Virus record (IMG/VR): IMGVR_UViG_3300033068_001957
Location: 1 to 64,000 of that record
Source of the DNA: a virus
Taxonomy: Duplodnaviria; Caudoviricetes
Direction: 5' to 3' (one strand)
Length of the DNA: 64,000 nt
Part shown: positions 46,915 to 54,119 of the stretch, piece by piece
How positions within the stretch are numbered: the first letter of the stretch is position 1
Layout of the letters: each line of letters opens with the position of its first letter
Program-made: the position numbers and the translations under genes
Notes under the pieces: generated by a model
What the model was told of the DNA's origin: nothing
Database searches by the model: none
What the model saw: the letters and a program-made list of their open reading frames with translations, nothing else

Positions 46915-47466
46915 TTAGAATTTTTCTTCTCTATCTAATTCGAGCATTTTTGGGAAGATTTGCCAGAAAGGAACGAATGGGATTCGTTTATTGGCCTCTA
47001 GCATATCAAAAAGATTGGCAATACACCCACCCTCCATTTGAATAGGATATTTATCATTGCAGTACTCTTTTACTGCTCGTGGTGAATTAATGGGACAAAA
47101 GGAATTCTCGCGGCCCAAGTATTTCATAATAGAAATATCAAAAAGGTCATCTCCAATATAAATTGTTTCCTCTAGAGAGACGCCAAACTTTTCTACTATT
47201 TCTGGCAAAAATTCTTCTTTGGAAATGTGCCTGTCATCACATCTGCTAATAAAATAGGGAATTTTACGCTTTTGCAAGAACCCTTCGTTCCATGGGTCAC
47301 CCGTAATAGCTACGACTGGAATACCTAGCGCCCGAAACCTCTTGATGCTAGTAAAATCCGTATCCGCGAAGGACTTGCTAATGCACTCTCCATTCTTATT
47401 ATAAGATTTCCTATTACACAGGATACCGTCTATATCCGTGACTAATAATTTTACTTGATTACTCAT
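46915..47466 (-). CDS. KdsC-like HAD phosphatase
   Basis: TDIDGIL, SKSF..D, AITG, YIGDDLFD. Confidence 0.85.
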   Translation of the reverse strand: MSNQVKLLVTDIDGILCNRKSYNKNGECISKSFADTDFTSIKRFRALGIPVVAITGDPWNEGFLQKRKIPYFISRCDDRHISKEEFLPEIVEKFGVSLEETIYIGDDLFDISIMKYLGRENSFCPINSPRAVKEYCNDKYPIQMEGGCIANLFDMLEANKRIPFVPFWQIFPKMLELDREEKF

Positions 47467-47945
47467 TTATAAAAGCTAATAATGTCAGAACAAACGCCCG
47501 CACAGTTTTTCAATACATCTTTCGAAATGCCGAATTTCTCAGGAAGCATACAAATACTCCCATCTAAATTTTTATCGTTATTAAAAGCAATCAAATCTGC
47601 CACCCTAGAATGAGCGATGAGCCACATATAAGAGGAAATCGCAAAATCATCTCGATCATGGTAAAAATAATTGAGCGGCGAAAGATTCGAGGCGGCGCAA
47701 AAAAGAACAGATTCTCGGTCTTTGCAATGAATTAGGAGCTTTTGGCAATTTACACTTAGAAAATGAGGATCAACATTCCCTTTGGTGCCTCCCCATTCGT
47801 GGCCGTGAAGAAATTCACCACCATGATGCAAAATATCCATCTCGACGTGATAGCCCGCGTCTAGAGCTTCTTGGATATAGTCTTGAGAGTTTTCGCGCTT
47901 GTAGTTTTTGCCCGAAATATTGCCCCTGTGAGAAATAAGAATCAT
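47463..47945 (-). CDS. PI-PLC/GDPD-like phosphodiesterase
   Basis: MILISHRGN..EN...GYHVEMDI...HCK...GVCSD. Confidence 0.75.
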   Translation of the reverse strand: MILISHRGNISGKNYKRENSQDYIQEALDAGYHVEMDILHHGGEFLHGHEWGGTKGNVDPHFLSVNCQKLLIHCKDRESVLFCAASNLSPLNYFYHDRDDFAISSYMWLIAHSRVADLIAFNNDKNLDGSICMLPEKFGISKDVLKNCAGVCSDIISFYK

Positions 47946-48214
47946 TTTTCGTATGTGTCTAAAATGTACTGGTGAAGGGCTTCGATATCTGTTTTTGCTT
48001 TTTCTAAGGATGTCCAAGAATCTTCTTCGTCTTGGAGTTCTGGGTCGTGATCGGAATACCACCAAAGCTGGTTGTTCGATAATTTTTGGCGTAATCGCCA
48101 ACTACCTAGGCATCCACCCTCCTCATCTCCATAGGGGCCAGATGCTTCCCAGATAGAATTATCGTCGTCGTCAAAGGATTCTTCCCATCGAAGGGTATGA
48201 TTAGTTGCTTTCAT
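47942..48214 (-). CDS. hypothetical protein
   Basis: 90 aa, acidic and Trp-rich. Confidence 0.5.
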   Translation of the reverse strand: MKATNHTLRWEESFDDDDNSIWEASGPYGDEEGGCLGSWRLRQKLSNNQLWWYSDHDPELQDEEDSWTSLEKAKTDIEALHQYILDTYEK

Positions 48215-49122
48215 GTCAATTTGTTAACGATTTTATCTACGCAATCTATCAGATTCTTTTCTGAATGTTCGGCCCAAAACGGTTCGATGTGTTCTGCGCC
48301 GAAACTAATGATATCATCTAACGCATAATGTGTCAACAGAAACTTTTGCTCATGATTGATATGACGGTACATGGTTGAATCACTAATTGCAAACGGTTTG
48401 CGGGAAGCTAGGGCTTTATCAATTGTACTGCTAATTCCCCGCGCTTCTCCTTCAAATGGCGGATACAAAAAGATATTGGCCGTATTAGCAGAAAGAAATG
48501 CCACCAAATCTTCATCGGTTAGAAAGTCTGTCGATATTTCGATGTCAATCTTTGGTTTGCCGAGTTTCCAGAGTTGTTCTTGAATTGTTCTTTCGATATC
48601 GGCGATACTATTGCCGTGAGGATGTTGGCCGATATGCAAGCAAATTAACGCATCATCATATGATTGTGCGACTACAGTTGCGACATGCTGGAAGTTCTTA
48701 CTGTAGAAATTAAACCCACAAGACCCGATAGTCACTCGTTCGGGGTTTGGGAGCGGCAAAAACTCTCGCACAGGGCGCGGGATAGGTGTGCTGCGACTTG
48801 TGGCTGGATTGCAGCTTGTAGCGTCTAAAATGTGGGCCTGATTGGCAAATGAGGGGTAGCAATCATGTCCGCCGATAAAAGCCACGGGGATTTTTAGTGA
48901 CGCAATCAAATCATCGTCCAGCCACGGGAAAAGTTTTTCGTGCCAATTAATGATAAAGGCATCATAGTAATTAGCCGCTTCGATTAGGGTTCGAACGTCT
49001 TTGAAAACATGATAGTGATAGCTATTCTCGCGAGATTTCTTTAAAATTCCATAGGTGGACAATAGATATTGATGAACGCCGCATTTTTCTTCGGGCGGAT
49101 TGATTAGGAGGATACGGGCCAT
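48211..49122 (-). CDS. GT-B fold glycosyltransferase, putative
   Basis: KCGVHQY, IGSCGF..KNF, NIFLY..RGISSTIDKALAS. Confidence 0.65.
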   Translation of the reverse strand: MARILLINPPEEKCGVHQYLLSTYGILKKSRENSYHYHVFKDVRTLIEAANYYDAFIINWHEKLFPWLDDDLIASLKIPVAFIGGHDCYPSFANQAHILDATSCNPATSRSTPIPRPVREFLPLPNPERVTIGSCGFNFYSKNFQHVATVVAQSYDDALICLHIGQHPHGNSIADIERTIQEQLWKLGKPKIDIEISTDFLTDEDLVAFLSANTANIFLYPPFEGEARGISSTIDKALASRKPFAISDSTMYRHINHEQKFLLTHYALDDIISFGAEHIEPFWAEHSEKNLIDCVDKIVNKLT

Positions 49123-49123
49123 T

Positions 49124-49420
49124 TTAGTATTTAATTAAAACTTGTTGATAATACGGAGCACTTTCATACTCTTCGCTAGAGTTTGTAATGGTTAGACATT
49201 CTTGGCCACATCCGTAATAAACAGTATCAATTGACCAACTAGCTTTCCAGTTTTTTGGCAAGAGAGGTTCTATAATAGCATGAATATCTGATACGCTATA
49301 ATTTTTAGAATACCATAATGCATCGCCATCTCCGCCAGCACTTTGAACGTCTCGAATTAACCATTCGGCGAGTTTAGTTAAATGAAGTTTGTCGTCTTCA
49401 TCTATTATGCAATAGGCCAT
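49124..49420 (-). CDS. hypothetical protein
   Basis: 98 aa in the operon. Confidence 0.45.
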   Translation of the reverse strand: MAYCIIDEDDKLHLTKLAEWLIRDVQSAGGDGDALWYSKNYSVSDIHAIIEPLLPKNWKASWSIDTVYYGCGQECLTITNSSEEYESAPYYQQVLIKY

Positions 49421-50100
49421 GTGTAGTAAGTATTATTTGGGTGATTAAAATTCCACTGCCAACCTTGGAACCATTGATGATCTTGTGGCTGATAGCAGGT
49501 GACATTACAACCAAGTGCTGTCGCGAGAGTTTCATCTCCAGTATTAGCAGTATGGACGATTTTTACTCGCCGCATTAAGCAAATATAAGAACGTAAATCC
49601 AAATCTGTCAACTGGTGTTCTCCAATGTCTAAAAAGTTTGCAGACGATTGACAGACGATTGGGGTATAACCTTGTTCGACTAAGCTATTGTAAATTTGTC
49701 TAGCTAGAACGGGAACAATATTCCGAACTCTTTTCCAAAATGGAGAACATGTGGGAACAAAGATTACGGGTTTTTTCTTTCCCTTGAGATATTCATCAGC
49801 AAATTTTTCGCTATCGAGGTCGGAATACAGACATAGTGGTCGATTGTCCATTCTGTCAGCAATTTCTCCGAAGAAATTTCGCAATTTCATTGTTGCATAA
49901 TGGGCTGGTTCTCCAATATCTGGTATCTGAATGATGTCTTTTTCTTCAACAATTTCTACCTCGGCCAAACCTTGAAATAAACAGGCGAATCGCTCTTTCC
50001 CCTTGGGTAATTGGATAGTAAACTTGTTGGGGAAATATCGACAACAGGAAGATAATAAGAGGGTATCTCCAAGGCCCGAAGTTTTAGAGCCGAATTTCAT
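49405..50100 (-). CDS. GT9 (heptosyltransferase-like) glycosyltransferase
   Basis: GLGDTLL; LDLRSYICLM..HTANTG..LATALG. Confidence 0.7.
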   Translation of the reverse strand: MKFGSKTSGLGDTLLLSSCCRYFPNKFTIQLPKGKERFACLFQGLAEVEIVEEKDIIQIPDIGEPAHYATMKLRNFFGEIADRMDNRPLCLYSDLDSEKFADEYLKGKKKPVIFVPTCSPFWKRVRNIVPVLARQIYNSLVEQGYTPIVCQSSANFLDIGEHQLTDLDLRSYICLMRRVKIVHTANTGDETLATALGCNVTCYQPQDHQWFQGWQWNFNHPNNTYYTWPIA

Positions 50101-50870
50101 GCTAGTTTTAGATTATGCTTTTTTGCTTGATAGCAATTAAAGGATTCCATATTTTTATGGATCACATGTGCTGGCAATCTTCCGCCTCCAGTAATAATCC
50201 AGTGTTCATTCCAGAACGCGGCCCCACGATTCAAGCGACTATCCAAAAATTTGTAACCTTCGTGGACAACATAGGGAGTATTCCCACCCTCAAGTTCACA
50301 TAATTCGGTAGTCATGGCAATAGACTCAACCATATTACTATTCTCATCAATAACTTCTGTGCCGTCTGAAATCTGAGTGTTTGCCGTGCCATCTGGATTT
50401 CGCGCCTGATTAGAAATCCCGCGATAGACTCCTTTTTTAGTAATATATTGCTTTAGGTTTATGCTTTTGTAAAATTCGTCACTGCCAAATAGATCAACCG
50501 AGGGCAGCATCATGCATTTCTGCGGCGCAAACTTAAATTGGAAAAGCAAGTTATCAACTAATGGGCGCATCCATTTCTGCATATACTCATCTCCGTCGAT
50601 CAAAAGTTGGAACTCATTGGAACAAGCCTGCATGCCAGCGTTCTTGATTTGGCCGTCCATAGGAGCTTCTTTAGGAAAAGCCGTATTGATAATCTTCCAA
50701 TTACTATATGGGGCCAAAATCTTTCGCACTTCTTCTTCTGTATTATCTGTAGAGGTATTGATTACAACTACTAATTCATCTGCGAACTCTGCGGAAAGAG
50801 AAATAGATTTTTGCCATCCACGAATATCGTTTTGGATAACATTGAAAAGAGGCGTGAAAATTGATAGCAT
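50097..50870 (-). CDS. GT2 family glycosyltransferase
   Basis: MLSIFTP..ELVVV..STDNT..KN..LLIDGDE. Confidence 0.75.
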   Translation of the reverse strand: MLSIFTPLFNVIQNDIRGWQKSISLSAEFADELVVVINTSTDNTEEEVRKILAPYSNWKIINTAFPKEAPMDGQIKNAGMQACSNEFQLLIDGDEYMQKWMRPLVDNLLFQFKFAPQKCMMLPSVDLFGSDEFYKSINLKQYITKKGVYRGISNQARNPDGTANTQISDGTEVIDENSNMVESIAMTTELCELEGGNTPYVVHEGYKFLDSRLNRGAAFWNEHWIITGGGRLPAHVIHKNMESFNCYQAKKHNLKLA

Positions 50871-50871
50871 A

Positions 50872-51324
50872 CTATTCTTTCTGTCCGCAGCTACTACAAC
50901 CTTCTTCTGGCTCTCTAAACGTAAAAGTAAATTCCTTTGGCCCATTAACGATTACTAACGGGCCGTCTTTCGTCCCAAAACATGAGCCATTAACAAAATA
51001 TGCCTTAATGCTTTCGAAAGGCTCTTCAATAAATTCGTTGCGAATCCACTGATTTTTAAGAGTAGTCTCAAATGGTAATACTGGATTTACGGCAAATCCA
51101 AAAATAATCTTTACCTTTTCGCCTAATTCAATATCTTGAATAATGCCCATCCCGCGATGGAATGGGTGCCACTTTGGCGTTGAAAACGACGATGTTTGAA
51201 TGAAGGGTTTGCCTTCGGATTCTACCTTAACTGGTCCGATGAGTTCTTTAAACTTTTCGGGCGAAGAAAAAAGTTCTGAGTGTTCGATTTGCTTATATGA
51301 GTCTGTAGTATTAGTATCGTTCAT
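50872..51324 (-). CDS. hypothetical protein with C-terminal CxxC
   Basis: First gene of the glyco transcript; GCSSCG. Confidence 0.5.
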   Translation of the reverse strand: MNDTNTTDSYKQIEHSELFSSPEKFKELIGPVKVESEGKPFIQTSSFSTPKWHPFHRGMGIIQDIELGEKVKIIFGFAVNPVLPFETTLKNQWIRNEFIEEPFESIKAYFVNGSCFGTKDGPLVIVNGPKEFTFTFREPEEGCSSCGQKE

Positions 51325-51330
51325 GACGTT

Positions 51331-51359
51331 ATACTAACGCCCTAACACTTACTTGTCTA
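51331..51359 (-). promoter_or_regulatory. sigma70-type promoter, leaderless geometry
   Basis: TAGACA-17-TAGTAT-6-ATG. Confidence 0.65.
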
Positions 51360-51385
51360 GCAAGATTTCTTTGCTTTTGCGGGTT

Positions 51386-52387
51386 TTAAAAACCATTCTG
51401 TGGAAATTTCTCATACGGAATATTTCTTAATTCCATGCATTTTTCAAATTTTTCTTTTTTTCTCTTTAAAAAGATAGATGCATTTGCATATAAATAATCG
51501 TACATGCTCTTAAAGCCCGCTTTTGATCCACATGAGATTTCAAAACATTTTTTACTATTGACCTTGCTTCCAAAATATCTATGACCTTGAACATTCTCCT
51601 TCAAGAAGGATTCTAGATTAGAAATAAAGCCTTCATTTCCAACAAAATTATAGTTTATATTTGGATAGCCTGTTTTTGAAAAGCTAAGGGTAACTCCTCC
51701 ATCTCCGTCAAAATATCCGCGAATAAAATGATGAAATAAATATTCTGGAACTATTTTGTAACATGGAAATTTCAAAGTAAAACTTTTATTTTCAGATACG
51801 CCGAGCTTTTCAAGAGAAGTCCTTAGTTTTTTGCCATTTAGTAAAATTTTACAGGATTTTGTTTTTTCATCAAAGAAGGTTTTAGACGAAGGGGATATTA
51901 GACTTTTAATCTTCTCTAATATCCCAATGTCTTTTATTGACAAACCTATTGCGAGCCTATTTTCTTTGACTCTTAAACATCCATCTGCGTATATAAATCC
52001 AAGAATATAAGCTTTCTCTTCCGAGTCTATTTTTTCAAAATAGTCCTGATCTGTATTACACTTTGAGTAAAATTTATCATCTTGTGATCTTATCTTTACA
52101 CCCTCCTTTTTAAGGGCGTTGAAAATCTTTGTTATTCCTAATCCTAGTTTTTGTTTTATTTGAACTGAGGAAAAACCATCTCGATATAGATTGGCTATTT
52201 CTTCCCTTGTATCTTTCCCTGTTTTATAAGAAGGTCTAAGATTTTCTATTCCGAATCCTTTTCTTTTTCTTGAAATTGTAGTTAGATTTAAACCAGTTAT
52301 TTTAGCAACATCTTTTGAACTTAAGTCTTGTGATTTCCAAAGAATAAAATTTTCCCTTGTCAATAGGGATATTGACTCATCGTTCAT
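51386..52387 (-). CDS. LAGLIDADG homing endonuclease with N-terminal HTH repeats
   Basis: YILGFIYADG and FIRGYFDGDG. Confidence 0.88.
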   Translation of the reverse strand: MNDESISLLTRENFILWKSQDLSSKDVAKITGLNLTTISRKRKGFGIENLRPSYKTGKDTREEIANLYRDGFSSVQIKQKLGLGITKIFNALKKEGVKIRSQDDKFYSKCNTDQDYFEKIDSEEKAYILGFIYADGCLRVKENRLAIGLSIKDIGILEKIKSLISPSSKTFFDEKTKSCKILLNGKKLRTSLEKLGVSENKSFTLKFPCYKIVPEYLFHHFIRGYFDGDGGVTLSFSKTGYPNINYNFVGNEGFISNLESFLKENVQGHRYFGSKVNSKKCFEISCGSKAGFKSMYDYLYANASIFLKRKKEKFEKCMELRNIPYEKFPQNGF

Positions 52388-52895
52388 TTTTTATCAATTT
52401 AGAACACTTTGAACACATCTTTTTACCATCCACTTCTTCCATTTCTGGTTCTTCACAATCGCAAGTGTCACCCTCTTCATCCTCGTCTTCGATTTCAATC
52501 TCGATAGAAGCTTTGAAGTCTCCTTCTGTGAGTTTGTTTTGAGCGATATTTACAGATGCGACAGAATATTCCAAATCCAGAAGATCAATCGCCTCGTTGG
52601 TTAAGAGCTTGGCATCGCCGTATTTTAGATAGCGATTTAGACGAGCAACAGCCATTTGAAGGTCTGAAACTCCTGGGCGCAAAAAGTTTTTGGCGGCTTC
52701 AAATCCATTCTGCATTACAGATGCTAGGATTTCGGGAGTAGTTTCTTTATTTGCGTCGTCATTAAAAGCGCTCGCCTTGGCCTCAAGAAAAGTTTTCGCC
52801 CGCTCAGATAGAGCAAATTCCCCGAACTTTTTAGTCGGCGGGGCGAAATTAAAGTTTTTTTCTTTGATTTGGGCGGAAAAATCAATCTCAGGCAT
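52377..52895 (-). CDS. hypothetical, probably late/virion-associated protein
   Basis: Start MPEIDF 7 nt after GTGTAAT; RPGVSDLQMAVARLNRYLK; acidic tail with four Cys. Confidence 0.5.
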   Translation of the reverse strand: MPEIDFSAQIKEKNFNFAPPTKKFGEFALSERAKTFLEAKASAFNDDANKETTPEILASVMQNGFEAAKNFLRPGVSDLQMAVARLNRYLKYGDAKLLTNEAIDLLDLEYSVASVNIAQNKLTEGDFKASIEIEIEDEDEEGDTCDCEEPEMEEVDGKKMCSKCSKLIKNER

Positions 52896-52928
52896 ATTAG
52901 GAATTACACGTCTTGCTATAAAATAGTC

Positions 52929-53071
52929 AAAAATAAAAACCTCCAACCAGATCGTTTGCAACCGATTGCCTGATTAGAGGTTTTACCTTACGCCGTTTTG
53001 TTTATTTGTATCGGTTTCAGGCTTTTATGAATCGACTGGTGCGCGTTATCAAGAGGCGTTTCGATTACTAT
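52929..53071 (-). ncRNA. candidate structured small RNA (~140 nt)
   Basis: TTGACT-16-TAATAT promoter (53105-53078), no ATG in the transcript, three stems, final stem followed by a U-tract. Confidence 0.45.
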
Positions 53072-53105
53072 TAACTTATATTACATGTTGGCGGGAGAAA
53101 GTCAA

Positions 53106-54116
53106 TCAAAATTCATCAATTTCTCCTTCTAACGCCGAAGCTGCCCTATACCCTTGCTCTCTTTGCTCGAAAAATGCCGTTAAAACAGGAGCCTCAATAA
53201 TTTCTTCCACCCAAGAAAAAGGATTACTAGTTGATTCAAAGATTGGAGACAGATCAACGCTTCCCAACCTAATATTCCCGATAAACTTAGTAAAATCAAT
53301 AAACATTTCTGCCGTCATTCCGAGCATTGGATTTGGCAACGCCTCCTTTGCGTACTGGATTTCTAGCCCCGAAGCTTCCTTCATTAAATTAGACAGTAGA
53401 GTTTTGAATTCCGCCGTCCAAATTTCGGGATAGTCAGTCTTGATAAGATTAATCAACCAAGTCCCAAAAGACAAGTGATTCCCCTCATCTCTCAATGAAT
53501 AACGAATCTGACTATTTAGGCCGCTTAAAATACCACGCCGACAAACAGAAAGAAGCATTACAAAGTTAGACCAAAAGAAAGTCCCTTCGCAAATAATGTA
53601 ATAACAAAACAAGTTCTTGACAAACTCTTGTTTTCCAGCCGTAGTTTTAATATCAAAGTTTTTATCCTGTAAAAGATCGGATGTATTTCTCATCAGGAAG
53701 TCCGTCTTGCTCTTGACGGAGGGAACGTTCAAGTATGCTTCTGCCACTTCTTCTTGAGTTAAGCCGAAACTTTCGACACACACAGAGACAGTTTCATTAT
53801 GAACCTCTTCTTCTTGACCTTTACGGGCCATAAAACGACGACAAGCGCCATCTGTTACATATCGGTATTCAGACAGATAGATATTGTTGTTCACTAAACT
53901 TTCGCCCGCAGAAAAGAATCCAAGGGCACGTTTAATGATTAGTTTTTCATCTTCCGAAACCCTCTCTTTCCAGTCGAGAATATCTTGCCCCATGATAACT
54001 TCGCGGGGATTCCATGTATTTTCGACGCCCTTCTTGTAAAGCTCAAGCGGGTACTGATGTTTTGCCCCGATAATTTGATTTACGCCAACTTGATTTCCGT
54101 CTAGTATTTTACTCAT
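53106..54116 (-). CDS. nrdB: ribonucleotide reductase beta subunit, class Ic-like
   Basis: FFSAGESLV, EEVHNETV, EGTFF, RDEGNH, C-terminal FFE...Y. Confidence 0.9.
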   Translation of the reverse strand: MSKILDGNQVGVNQIIGAKHQYPLELYKKGVENTWNPREVIMGQDILDWKERVSEDEKLIIKRALGFFSAGESLVNNNIYLSEYRYVTDGACRRFMARKGQEEEVHNETVSVCVESFGLTQEEVAEAYLNVPSVKSKTDFLMRNTSDLLQDKNFDIKTTAGKQEFVKNLFCYYIICEGTFFWSNFVMLLSVCRRGILSGLNSQIRYSLRDEGNHLSFGTWLINLIKTDYPEIWTAEFKTLLSNLMKEASGLEIQYAKEALPNPMLGMTAEMFIDFTKFIGNIRLGSVDLSPIFESTSNPFSWVEEIIEAPVLTAFFEQREQGYRAASALEGEIDEF

Positions 54117-54119
54117 ATA

